From Nitrososphaerota archaeon (GTDB taxonomy: Archaea > Thermoproteota > Nitrososphaeria > Nitrososphaerales > Nitrosopumilaceae), in the NCBI GenBank assembly GCA_028867755.1, contig JAGWFT010000001.1, positions 548,727 through 612,726 on the forward strand: DNA of 64,000 bases. Direction: 5' to 3'. The position numbers were made by a program, and so were the translations under genes. The notes under the pieces are model-generated. The model did not search any database. It saw only the letters and a program-made list of their open reading frames with translations, and was not told the origin of the DNA. Position 1 is the stretch's first letter. Every line of letters starts with the position of its first letter. Positions 18,603-28,376 of this stretch are shown here, in pieces.

Positions 18603-21600
18603 TGGCAGTTGAAACAATCAAAGTCATAGATGGAATCAAGTTTTCTGTTTGGTCTCCAACTGAAATAAGAAAATATTCTGTTGCTGAAATCACAGCTCCT
18701 GAGACTTATGATGAAGATGGAATGTCTGTTCAAGGCGGATTGATGGATGGCAGGCTAGGTACTCTTGAACCAGGACAAAAATGTCTCACATGTGGAAACA
18801 CTGCAGCTAGATGCCCTGGGCATTTCGGTCATATCGAGCTTGCAGAACCGGTCTTGCATATTGCATTCATTGATAATATCTACAAGCTTTTGTTGACTAC
18901 CTGCAGATCATGTGCTAGGCTAAAGATACCACAAGAAGAACTTGAGGAATATCATAAAATAATGCAAAAAGAAGCTGCATATAGTGTAATCTCGATCAAA
19001 CACATTCCAGACGAAATAATTGAGAGAGCAAAGAAAGAAAAAACATGTCCCCATTGTGGAAAATCGCAATATGAGATGATATTTACAAAGCCTACAATTT
19101 TCATTGAAAGAACAGAACTAGGAGAAAACAGATTACTCCCAATTACCATTCGTGAAAGATTTTCTCACATGATAGACGATGACCTGAAACTACTTGGATA
19201 TGATCCAACCACTGCTAGACCTGAATGGTTTGTGTTACAAGTATTGCCTGTTCCACCTGTTACAGTGAGACCATCCATAATTTTGGAAACCGGAATCAGA
19301 TCTGAAGATGATCTTACACACAAGCTTGTTGATATTATAAGAGTAAATCAAAGACTAAAAGAGAGCAAAGAAGCTGGTACGCCACCCCTCATTGTACAAG
19401 ACCTTGTTGATTTGTTACAATATCATGTTACAACATATTTCGATAATGAGGTATCTGGTATTCCACAAGCTCATCATAGATCTGGCAGACCTCTTAAGAC
19501 ATTAACGCAGAGACTGAAAGGAAAGGAGGGTAGATTCAGAGGTTCACTTTCTGGAAAGAGAGTAGACTTTTCCAGTAGAACTGTAATCTCACCAGATCCA
19601 AATCTGGAAATTTCTGAAGTTGGAGTCCCAGAATCTGTTGCAATAAAGCTTACGATTCCTGAAGTTGTAACAGAATGGAATATTGAAAGATTGAAGAAAC
19701 TTGTTATCAATGGTCCCACTAAATATCCAGGTGCTAATTATATTGTAAGGCCAGATGGTGTAAAAATAAGATTAGACTTTGTTGAGGATAGGGAAACAAT
19801 TGCTAATAACATAGAGATAGGATATCTTGTTGAAAGACATCTATCTGACGGGGACATTGTGATGTTCAACAGACAACCATCATTACATCAAATGTCAATA
19901 ATGGGTCATTACGTTCGGGTCTTACCAAATAAGACTTTCAGATTGCACCCCTCAGTATGTCCTCCATATAATGCAGATTTTGATGGAGATGAAATGAATC
20001 TTCATGTGCCTCAAAGCGAGGAAGCAAGAGCTGAAGCCATTCTACTAATGCGAGTACAGGATCAAATAATCTCTCCTAGATATGGAGGCCCAATAATTGG
20101 TGCGTTGCGTGACTTTATCACAGGAGCATATTTGCTAACAAAAGATGATACAACTCTTACTCCGCAAGAATTTGCTAATCTGGCGATGTTAGCTGGATAT
20201 CAAGACACATTCCCAGAACCACAGGTTAAAGGAAAGGGAGGATCATTGTATACTGGCAAGCAGCTATTCTCATTGTTCTTACCAAAAGATTTCAATTATG
20301 TAATTACGTCAAAGTGGTCAAAAGGAACCAAGGGGCCAACAAAGGACGTTGTAATTAAAAACGGTCAACTTGTAAGCGGTGTGATAGACAAAGCATCAAT
20401 AGGTGCAGAAGAACCTGACAGTGTTCTGCATAGAATAGCTAAAGACTATGGTTATGAGGAGGCAAAGAGATTTCTCAATTCTATTCTAATTATGTTAAAA
20501 CAGTTTATCACAGGATATGGATTTAGTTATGGGTATGCTGACTTGGAATTATCGCTGAAGACCAAGGAATCTATATTGACTGATATTCACGGATCTTATG
20601 ATAAAGTATATGATTTCATATCGCAAGCAAAGAAGGGAACTTTACAGCTAAGTAGAGGACTTTCAGCTGAAGAAGCACTAGAAGCTTATATCGTAAATGA
20701 GTTATCAAAAGCAAGAGACAGAGCAGGCAGCACAGCTGACAAGTCATTTGATGAAACAAATGCAGGCAGAATTATGGCAACAACTGGAGCAAGAGGTTCT
20801 TCTCTGAATATAGGTCAGATGGCAGGCGCATTAGGTCAGCAGTCAATTCGAGGTAGAAGAATCCATAAAGGTTACAGTAATAGAGCATTGCCACATTTCA
20901 AGGAGAATGATACAAATCCTGATTCAAGAGGATTTGTAAAATCAAATTATAGGGATGGCCTTTCGACATTAGAATTTTTCTTCCATGCGATGGGTGGAAG
21001 AGAAGGTCTTGTGGATACTGCAGTAAGAACTCAGCAAAGTGGATACATGCAAAGAAGATTGATAAACGCATTAGAACATCTAAAACTAGAATATGATCAA
21101 ACAGTAAGAGACCCACATGGTCATATTATACAATTTCTCTATGGCGAAGATGGCATTGATGTTTCAAAAAGTGATCATGGTGAAGCATTTAGGATTCCTC
21201 GATTAATTGAATCTCAGAGCATTATTGATTCTGGAAAGAAGGCAGCCAAGGAGGATGTTGCAGAGCTTGTAAAGAAATACACTAAAACATTCAACCATCG
21301 TTTAGCTCAAACTGTTCATGATGCTCTAGCAGAATCAAAACTTAGTAGAGATGGAGTAGAGAAAGTATTGAAAAAAGCGCTGGAATTATATGACAATGCC
21401 AAGGTCGAGCCAGGACAGGCAGTTGGTGTTGTTACGGCTCAATCTATAGGCGAACCTGGTACTCAGATGACACTAAGAACCTTCCACTTTGCTGGTATTA
21501 GAGAAAGAAACGTTACACTAGGTCTTCCAAGACTTATTGAACTTGTTGATGCAAGAAAGAAGCCTGTCACACCAACTATGGATATCTACTTGGAGGAACA

Positions 21601-22396
21601 TCACAAAAAATCAAAAGAAAAAGCAATCAAGGTAGCAAGAGAAATTTTGCATACTAAGATAAGCGCATTGATTACAAGTACAGAGACCGACTATTCTACA
21701 AAAATCAAATTGAATCTCAATCAAGATAGACTAAAAGAAAGAGCATGCACTGTCGAAGATGTTGTCACAGCATTACAGTCATCAAAGAAAAAGTTTGAGA
21801 TCGAACCTAATGGACATTCTATCACGCTTACTCTTCCTGAAGAATCTGATGCTCAAACAATACTAGGCCTTAGAAATAAAGTTCTTTCATCAACAGTCAA
21901 AGGAGTTACCGATATAGAACGTGTGACAATTGTACAACAAGGAGATGAATGGGTTATCCAAACATCAGGTTCAAACATTGCTAAAGTGATGGAAGTTGAT
22001 GGTATTGACAAGAAGAATATCAGAACAAATAATGTCTTTGAGATTGCAAACACACTTGGTATAGAGGCTGCTCGTAATGCATTGATAAACGAACTGAGCT
22101 CTACTCTTGAAGACCAAGGTCTAGAAGTTGACGTCAGATACATCATGTTAGTAGCAGACTTGATGTGTTCTAGAGGATATCTGCAACAAATTGGAAGACA
22201 TGGAATTGCAGGTACAAAGACCAGCGTGTTAGCAAGAGCCGCATTCGAGATTACTGTTCCTACTATTGCAGAAGCTGCATTGGCAGGAGAAGTAGAAGAA
22301 CTCAAAGGAGTAACAGAAAATGTCATAGTTGGTGCAAATATTCCAATTGGTACTGGTACTGTAGATCTTTACATGAAGGTGGTAGAAGATGGTTAA
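18602..22396 (+). CDS. rpoA: RNA polymerase subunit Rpo1 (A'+A'' fused)
   Basis: NADFDGDEMN active site, N-terminal Zn sites, and A''-type AQSIGEPGTQMTLRTFH in a single ORF. Confidence 0.97.
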   Translation: MAVETIKVIDGIKFSVWSPTEIRKYSVAEITAPETYDEDGMSVQGGLMDGRLGTLEPGQKCLTCGNTAARCPGHFGHIELAEPVLHIAFIDNIYKLLLTTCRSCARLKIPQEELEEYHKIMQKEAAYSVISIKHIPDEIIERAKKEKTCPHCGKSQYEMIFTKPTIFIERTELGENRLLPITIRERFSHMIDDDLKLLGYDPTTARPEWFVLQVLPVPPVTVRPSIILETGIRSEDDLTHKLVDIIRVNQRLKESKEAGTPPLIVQDLVDLLQYHVTTYFDNEVSGIPQAHHRSGRPLKTLTQRLKGKEGRFRGSLSGKRVDFSSRTVISPDPNLEISEVGVPESVAIKLTIPEVVTEWNIERLKKLVINGPTKYPGANYIVRPDGVKIRLDFVEDRETIANNIEIGYLVERHLSDGDIVMFNRQPSLHQMSIMGHYVRVLPNKTFRLHPSVCPPYNADFDGDEMNLHVPQSEEARAEAILLMRVQDQIISPRYGGPIIGALRDFITGAYLLTKDDTTLTPQEFANLAMLAGYQDTFPEPQVKGKGGSLYTGKQLFSLFLPKDFNYVITSKWSKGTKGPTKDVVIKNGQLVSGVIDKASIGAEEPDSVLHRIAKDYGYEEAKRFLNSILIMLKQFITGYGFSYGYADLELSLKTKESILTDIHGSYDKVYDFISQAKKGTLQLSRGLSAEEALEAYIVNELSKARDRAGSTADKSFDETNAGRIMATTGARGSSLNIGQMAGALGQQSIRGRRIHKGYSNRALPHFKENDTNPDSRGFVKSNYRDGLSTLEFFFHAMGGREGLVDTAVRTQQSGYMQRRLINALEHLKLEYDQTVRDPHGHIIQFLYGEDGIDVSKSDHGEAFRIPRLIESQSIIDSGKKAAKEDVAELVKKYTKTFNHRLAQTVHDALAESKLSRDGVEKVLKKALELYDNAKVEPGQAVGVVTAQSIGEPGTQMTLRTFHFAGIRERNVTLGLPRLIELVDARKKPVTPTMDIYLEEHHKKSKEKAIKVAREILHTKISALITSTETDYSTKIKLNLNQDRLKERACTVEDVVTALQSSKKKFEIEPNGHSITLTLPEESDAQTILGLRNKVLSSTVKGVTDIERVTIVQQGDEWVIQTSGSNIAKVMEVDGIDKKNIRTNNVFEIANTLGIEAARNALINELSSTLEDQGLEVDVRYIMLVADLMCSRGYLQQIGRHGIAGTKTSVLARAAFEITVPTIAEAALAGEVEELKGVTENVIVGANIPIGTGTVDLYMKVVEDG

Positions 22397-22709
22397 ACTC
22401 TTAGAGAAAGCCATAAAAGATGCAGTAGAGGACGGCAAATGCTCTTTTGGAACAAAAGAGGTTCTGGGGTCTATTAAAAATTCAAAATTAGTTGTACTTT
22501 CCCATTCGGTTTCATTTCCAATGACACAAAAAATAGCTGAAGCTGCAAAGACTGCAAAGGTGCCAACTCTAAACTATAATGGCTCATCAGTAGAGCTAGG
22601 GAGACTGTGTGGGACGCAGTTTAGAATTTCAGCAGTATCACTAAAAACTCTAAGCGATACTAACCTTAAAGCGATTATAAAAGATGTAGAAAACGAGAAG
22701 CAAGCATAA
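22389..22709 (+). CDS. rpl30e: 50S ribosomal protein L30e
   Basis: L7Ae/L30e pattern (GSSVELGRLCG) and conserved position after rpo1. Confidence 0.88.
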   Translation: MVKLLEKAIKDAVEDGKCSFGTKEVLGSIKNSKLVVLSHSVSFPMTQKIAEAAKTAKVPTLNYNGSSVELGRLCGTQFRISAVSLKTLSDTNLKAIIKDVENEKQA

Positions 22710-22779
22710 ATGTCTTATTTTTCACAAACTGTCTATCAAGATTTAAATGTCCCCTTAAGAGATCGATTTTAAAAAAGAT

Positions 22780-23238
22780 ATGACAGAGACAATCAAACTA
22801 ACAACAGATCAAATAAAACTAATGTCACTTTTTCAGAATGTGACTGGTGCAACAGCGAGGGACTGCATCGAAGATGAAAAACAAGACAGAGTAATTTTTG
22901 TAGTAAATCAAGGTAAGATGGGCCTTGCAATTGGAAAAGGAGGTTCTACAATAAGAAATCTTCAAAATGTAGTAAAAAGAAATGTCGAGCTAGTTGAATA
23001 TTCTGAAGATCCTGCAGAATTTCTGAAAAACATGTTAAATCCAAAGTTGGTATCAGAAGTTAAGCTAAATAAAAGATTAGACGGTTCTCTTCAAGCAATT
23101 GTTCTTGTTGATGCAAAGAAGAAAGGTATAGTGGTAGGCAGGGAAGGTAGAAACGCTGAAAAGGCCAGATTGCTCGCAAAAAGATACTTTCAAATTTCCA
23201 GTGTATTAATACAAAGCCCAGAAAAAATAATGGAGTAA
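22780..23238 (+). CDS. nusA: Transcription elongation factor NusA (archaeal, KH domains)
   Basis: GLAIGKGG and GIVVGREG KH motifs; conserved operon position. Confidence 0.93.
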   Translation: MTETIKLTTDQIKLMSLFQNVTGATARDCIEDEKQDRVIFVVNQGKMGLAIGKGGSTIRNLQNVVKRNVELVEYSEDPAEFLKNMLNPKLVSEVKLNKRLDGSLQAIVLVDAKKKGIVVGREGRNAEKARLLAKRYFQISSVLIQSPEKIME

Positions 23239-23244
23239 TGAATA

Positions 23245-23682
23245 ATGGCAAAATCCCCACTCGGTCTATTTGCAGGAAGAGTTCTTAGAGATAAAAGAAA
23301 GAAACAGAAATGGTCTATTGGAACTTACAAGAGGCGACAACTTGGACTGGATAAAAAGGCGAGTCCTCTTGGAGGTGCACCTCAAGCCCGTGGTATTGTA
23401 TTGGAAAAAGTGGGAATAGAAGCCAAACAACCGAACTCTGCTGTAAGAAAATGTGTACGTGTTCAACTCATAAAAAACGGTAAGACCGTAACTGCTTTCC
23501 TGCCAAAAGACGGTGCACTAAATTTTGTTGATGAACATGACGAAGTACATGTCGAAGGAATGGGTGCATCTATGGGAGGAGCAATGGGTGATATTCCGGG
23601 AGTAAGATGGAAAGTATTCAAGGTAAACGGCACTTCACTCAAAGAATTAGTTTATGGCAAGAAAGAAAAACCGAGAAGATAG
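23245..23682 (+). CDS. rps12: 30S ribosomal protein S12
   Basis: [25 protein letters not shown]. Confidence 0.97.
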   Translation: MAKSPLGLFAGRVLRDKRKKQKWSIGTYKRRQLGLDKKASPLGGAPQARGIVLEKVGIEAKQPNSAVRKCVRVQLIKNGKTVTAFLPKDGALNFVDEHDEVHVEGMGASMGGAMGDIPGVRWKVFKVNGTSLKELVYGKKEKPRR

Positions 23683-23685
23683 AAA

Positions 23686-24285
23686 ATGACTGAAACACAA
23701 AACCTTTTACTTTTCAGAAAATGGGATACATCCAAAATTGAGATTAAAGATCCTGGCCTGAAAAATGTCATCTCTCTAAAAAAGGAGATAATTCCTATGT
23801 CTTTTGGTCGCTCTGCACTGAAACGATTTAACAAAGCCGAAGTCAATATAGTGGAGAGACTTGTAAACAAACTATCTCATTTTGGAAAAAAATATGCAAA
23901 GAATACCGGTAGAATGGGTGGGAAAAAAATTCAGGCAATAAATACAGTCAAGGCAGCATTTGAGATAATGTATCTTAAAACAGGAAAAAATCCTGTTGAA
24001 GTCTTGATAAGGGCAGTGGAACATTCAGCCCCAAACGAAGATACGACAAGGATAGTATATGGTGGAACTGTATATCATGTTTCTGTAGATGTAGCTCCTC
24101 TTAGAAGAATTGATCTTGCTCTTAGATTTATAGCAGAAGGAGTAAGAGATGCATCATTTTCAAACCCAAAAGCAATAGAAGAAAACCTTGCAGACCACTT
24201 GATACTTGCTGCTTCAAATGATATGAATGCACCTTCTGTTAAAAAGAAAAACGAGCTAGAAAGAATTGCAATGGCCTCAAGATAG
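23686..24285 (+). CDS. rps7: 30S ribosomal protein S7
   Basis: NPVEVLIRAVEHSAP, VDVAPLRR, ELERIAMASR. Confidence 0.96.
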   Translation: MTETQNLLLFRKWDTSKIEIKDPGLKNVISLKKEIIPMSFGRSALKRFNKAEVNIVERLVNKLSHFGKKYAKNTGRMGGKKIQAINTVKAAFEIMYLKTGKNPVEVLIRAVEHSAPNEDTTRIVYGGTVYHVSVDVAPLRRIDLALRFIAEGVRDASFSNPKAIEENLADHLILAASNDMNAPSVKKKNELERIAMASR

Positions 24286-24304
24286 GGGCATTTTTAAAAA
24301 AAGA

Positions 24305-24408
24305 TAGCCCGAGGCAGATTCGAACTGCCGTCTCCAGGTGTCCTCTCATAAGATCCAGAGCCTGGAATCCCTAGCCCAAAAATTGTTTGGCCACTAGACT
24401 ATCGGGCT
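24305..24408 (-). tRNA. tRNA-Gln(CTG) with two introns
   Basis: Acceptor stem AGCCCGA/TCGGGCT+A, anticodon arm CCAGG-CT-CTG-GA-CCTGG, T-arm GGCAG-TTCGAAT-CTGCC. Removing a 16 nt intron (24371-24386, position 21/22) and a 15 nt intron (24340-24354, about 37/38) leaves exactly 73 nt. Confidence 0.93.
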
Positions 24409-24454
24409 ACCGAAACGAGTGGTATATGTTGAGAATATAATTATTATTGTTGGT

Positions 24455-25468
24455 ATGTCCCAACCTCAAAAAATGTTCCAATTGACATTAGGACTGAAAA
24501 TTTGCCGTATCATAAACGGCATGTGGCAAGTAGCAGGAGGTCATGGTCAAATCAATCCAGAATCTGCTATCTCTGATATGTTATCGTATCATGATTCTGG
24601 TTTTACAACATGGGACTTGGCAGATATTTATGGACCGGCAGAAGAATACATTGGAGAATTCAGAAGAAGACTTGTAAGGAATAAAGGTGAAACAGAACTT
24701 GACAATTCCAAGGCATTCACAAAATTTGTTCCAAATCCGGGACCTATGACCAGAACTATAGTGGAACATTACATAGATAAATCAATTCGTAGAATGAATG
24801 TAAAAACAATAGATGTTGTACAATTTCATTGGTGGGATTATAACGATACGCGTTATCTTGATGCTTTACATCATCTTTCAAAGATTTGTGATGAGGGAAA
24901 AATAAAACACATAGCATTGACAAATTTTGATACAGAAAGGGTAAAGACCATGGTAGAAAATGGATTTAAACTGGTATCAAATCAGGTGCAATATTCTATA
25001 ATAGATCAGAGACCTGAAGTTAAGATGTCTACATTATGTCAAAAACATGGAATTAAGTTATTGACATATGGAACTCTACTTGGTGGATTTTTGTCTGAAA
25101 AATATCTAGGAAAACTAGAACCAACAAGATCTCAACTTGATACATCGAGTTTACAAAAATATATGCACATGATTGATGTATGGGGTGGATGGAATTTATT
25201 TCAAGAGTTACTTGTTGTACTTGATAACATAGCAAAGAAGCATCATGTTAGTATAGCAAATGTTGCAACAAGATATATCTTGAATAAACCTACAGTAGCA
25301 GGTGTAATAATTGGGGTACGACTGGGTATTATAGAACACAAGTCAGATAATGAGAGAGTCTTTGGACTACAACTAGACAAAGAAGATGTTGATATTATAA
25401 AATCAGTAACATCGAGATCTCAAGATTTGTACGAAAGAATTGGAGATTGTGGTGATGAATATAGGTAA
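24455..25468 (+). CDS. Aldo/keto reductase
   Basis: RIINGMWQ, WDLADIYG..E, IDVVQFHWWD, HIALTNF, SNQVQYS. Start placed at ATG 24455 (track gives 24419). Confidence 0.9.
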   Translation: MSQPQKMFQLTLGLKICRIINGMWQVAGGHGQINPESAISDMLSYHDSGFTTWDLADIYGPAEEYIGEFRRRLVRNKGETELDNSKAFTKFVPNPGPMTRTIVEHYIDKSIRRMNVKTIDVVQFHWWDYNDTRYLDALHHLSKICDEGKIKHIALTNFDTERVKTMVENGFKLVSNQVQYSIIDQRPEVKMSTLCQKHGIKLLTYGTLLGGFLSEKYLGKLEPTRSQLDTSSLQKYMHMIDVWGGWNLFQELLVVLDNIAKKHHVSIANVATRYILNKPTVAGVIIGVRLGIIEHKSDNERVFGLQLDKEDVDIIKSVTSRSQDLYERIGDCGDEYR

Positions 25469-25524
25469 TTATCAAACAATGACAGAAATTATGTGCTTGA
25501 TAGAATCTCAGATTAAGAATTAAA

Positions 25525-26166
25525 TTATTTCCTACGTATCAAATCAAGACGTGAAAACATTGGATTCAGATATTTACTAGCTCCTACTATGATGGCACTT
25601 ACGCCAGTGCCCACAAGTATTCCTCCTACTACATCAAGTGGATAGTGATTACCCACATAAATCCTTGAATAAATTACCAATAAAGCTTCAGTTACAAGTA
25701 TCAATGATGTAATAATTTTTTTTCTTTGATTAAATCTTGCAAGTACAATGAATGCACCAGCAGAAACAATTAGTGCATGACCCGAAGGAAAAGATGGATC
25801 ACTATCTCCTTTTACTAATAGATTATCAGATGTTAATGGTATTGGTCTTGGTCTGTTAATTTCATCTTTTAGAGCTGTTCCAAGAGGTATTAAGATGATA
25901 AATGCTATGACCAGTAGAACAGCAGTTCTACGTCCTTCCTTACCCCCAAATACAAAAAGTAATGCAGTTGTTGCTATCCATACTACTTCTCTGCCATATT
26001 TTGTAAAATCAATCATTATTTGGTTGACGATTTTATCGTGTGGAATATTTATTACTGTAAATGCAGTGTAATCCCACTTTGTAATCTGGAAATCATTATA
26101 TGTTATTAACAAAGCAAGAATTGCAAATCCTGCAAATAATAACATGCCAGCAATGTAATACTTCAT
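25525..26166 (-). CDS. PAP2-family membrane phosphatase
   Basis: KDEINRPRP, PSFPSGHA, SRIYVGNHYPLDV. Confidence 0.92.
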   Translation of the reverse strand: MKYYIAGMLLFAGFAILALLITYNDFQITKWDYTAFTVINIPHDKIVNQIMIDFTKYGREVVWIATTALLFVFGGKEGRRTAVLLVIAFIILIPLGTALKDEINRPRPIPLTSDNLLVKGDSDPSFPSGHALIVSAGAFIVLARFNQRKKIITSLILVTEALLVIYSRIYVGNHYPLDVVGGILVGTGVSAIIVGASKYLNPMFSRLDLIRRK

Positions 26167-26261
26167 TTAGATACAATCTGAAACGACATTATAAAATCTA
26201 ATGAAACATCTAAAACTATTTTGAACATGTATGAATTTGATTATTATTTTTATCATGGAAT

Positions 26262-26588
26262 CTACTTTGTACTGGCCTCACGAACAGCCGTTGCGTAGTC
26301 GCAATCTGCTCTGAGTCTCATATATGGAATGAGTCTATAGTGAATAGAATACAGGTCTTTTTCCTTGTATAGTATTCCTTTTAACAAAAGCGAAACAAAT
26401 CCACCAGCTATGCGAGATGATGGAATACTTAGCTCTTTGCAAACTAAATCTCGCTTTTTCTTATATTGTTCTAAAGTAAAACTCACATTATCTATTTCTA
26501 AAATCAATGGCCACATCACTTTCTCCCACACCAGTCTTCTATTTTGAGTGGCAGAAGCGTACTTTCCTTTCTCATTTAGCATTAACAA
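26262..26588 (-). CDS. Hypothetical protein (possibly winged-helix)
   Basis: About 106-108 aa basic ORF divergent from the YkgJ gene; no firm motif. ATG at 26582 is an alternative start. Confidence 0.65.
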   Translation of the reverse strand: MLMLNEKGKYASATQNRRLVWEKVMWPLILEIDNVSFTLEQYKKKRDLVCKELSIPSSRIAGGFVSLLLKGILYKEKDLYSIHYRLIPYMRLRADCDYATAVREASTK

Positions 26589-26620
26589 CGTTCAAAAGTC
26601 TAGTCTCAATTTATTGGTTG

Positions 26621-27325
26621 ATGCAATCTAAAATCGAAGAATCTCTAGAATTGCTATCAAAAGACTGGAAGATTGAAACAATAATACATGACTTTATTTT
26701 GGGTAAAAGAAGTGATGCATCAGATTTTCAAATAAAAGTAAATGATGTGATATTTCACATACCGTATCTTTCTTTAGATAACGGTTATGTACTTTGGAAA
26801 TGCTACTGGCCTGAATGTAATAACTGTTGTCGCAGACAAGGAAGGCTACCACTTACCTCAAATGATTTGATAACGATAAGCAAGAATATGAAGTACAACA
26901 AAGTTTCTGATTTTGTAAAAAATGAAACTAATGTAACCACATGGGAAGAAAAGAGTCCTACTGGTAATTCCATAGTGATGACCATGATTAATCTTAAGCG
27001 AAAAAGTGATGAAACAGAAGCAGAAGATGGTACATATATCAAATGTAGGTTTTTAGATCAAAAAGGATACTGTGGTTTACATCCTTCAAGACCAGGTGTG
27101 TGTTATCTTTATCCATTTTCATCATGGCTTGAAAATGAAAAAGGCAGAGCAAGAGTGCATGCAACATTTCAATTTACCGGTGATTGTCCTGGGTTTTACT
27201 TTGGAAAATCTACTGATGAAATGAGAAATATTCTTACAGAATATTCTAAAATTATTTATGATTACACCATGAGCTCAAACAGAACAACTCGTGAAAATCT
27301 CGGCTATGTAAGTATGGGCTTTTAG
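26621..27325 (+). CDS. YkgJ-family Cys-cluster (Fe-S/Zn-chelating) protein
   Basis: KC.WPEC..CC, CRFL....YCGLH..RP..C.LYPF. Start placed at ATG 26621; the track start at 26507 overlaps the opposite gene. Confidence 0.82.
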   Translation: MQSKIEESLELLSKDWKIETIIHDFILGKRSDASDFQIKVNDVIFHIPYLSLDNGYVLWKCYWPECNNCCRRQGRLPLTSNDLITISKNMKYNKVSDFVKNETNVTTWEEKSPTGNSIVMTMINLKRKSDETEAEDGTYIKCRFLDQKGYCGLHPSRPGVCYLYPFSSWLENEKGRARVHATFQFTGDCPGFYFGKSTDEMRNILTEYSKIIYDYTMSSNRTTRENLGYVSMGF

Positions 27326-28329
27326 GCTCGTGCTACCTTCATCATATCGGCCATTCGTATCTCCATTCCAAATCTCCATTCGTTTTTCTTCATATATCTG
27401 TAAATTGATATGAGATCTGCGAAATTCTTTAGCATTCCAAACCTACTGTCCATCTTGCTTCTAACAAAAGATAACACTCTGGAATATATCGCAAATTTTT
27501 CTAATACCTTCTGACGATATCTTTCATTATTTCCAATATTCTCAACAAATATGTCTGCACATGTCATACTCGGAATAATTCCTTCTCCAAGTAGAGGATA
27601 TACAGTACCTATAGACTCTCCAACTCCAACTACTTTGCCATGATAAAATGGTTCACACATGTCAGGTGTAGCTAACCGAATAGGCCTTCCCACAGTCTTT
27701 ATGACTTTGCCTCCGTATTTCTTTAAGAATGCATTAGTTTCCTCAACATGATTTCTATTTTTATCACCAGCACCTATATGTGCTATATTTTTCCCTAATG
27801 GAAAATACCAGAAATAGCCGCTCATGGATGAGAAAGGCTTGAGATAAAAATCATCAAAAGGAACACCATTCTCATACTGAACCTTATATTGAAAAGTTGG
27901 CAAATGAAAATCATTCGCAAGTCTTGGAAGATAAGATCTGTGAAAACCTGTGGAGTCTATGATTATGTCAAACTCTGATTCCAAATCTGCAATCTTTGGA
28001 GCACTTCCATAATGAATCTTGCAGTCTTTTGACATGTCCTTTATCAAACCAATTTTGTTGTATGTACACAGCCCCATCAATTTGATAGTAAATCGCTCAG
28101 AGTTCATGTTTATGTACATTTTTTTTCCGTCATGTATCAGATAGTCATTAAAATCAAGACTGCATTTTTTTGCAAACTCTTCCATTGGGCGTTTTGTGGT
28201 GCCCCATGCACATATAGAATCATGATTTTCCTCTGTAGATCTTTCAAAACCGACCACTTCGTGTTGATTTTTCAATCTTCCAAGAAGATAGGCACCGGCA
28301 ACTCCTACACCGACAACAGCTATTTTCAA
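27322..28329 (-). CDS. FAD-dependent oxidoreductase, geranylgeranyl reductase-like
   Basis: IAVVGVGVAG, CAWG, IIDSTG, GYFWYFP, GVGESIGTVYPLLGEGI. Confidence 0.78.
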   Translation of the reverse strand: MKIAVVGVGVAGAYLLGRLKNQHEVVGFERSTEENHDSICAWGTTKRPMEEFAKKCSLDFNDYLIHDGKKMYINMNSERFTIKLMGLCTYNKIGLIKDMSKDCKIHYGSAPKIADLESEFDIIIDSTGFHRSYLPRLANDFHLPTFQYKVQYENGVPFDDFYLKPFSSMSGYFWYFPLGKNIAHIGAGDKNRNHVEETNAFLKKYGGKVIKTVGRPIRLATPDMCEPFYHGKVVGVGESIGTVYPLLGEGIIPSMTCADIFVENIGNNERYRQKVLEKFAIYSRVLSFVRSKMDSRFGMLKNFADLISIYRYMKKNEWRFGMEIRMADMMKVARA

Positions 28330-28376
28330 ACTAGCTTATACCTAGAATCACCTAATAAAAAGATTGTACGCATTCA

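Noticed and set aside
18602-22396. Fused Rpo1 (A'+A'') as a novelty
   Set aside because: The unsplit largest RNA polymerase subunit is an established feature of Thaumarchaeota; useful only for taxonomy.
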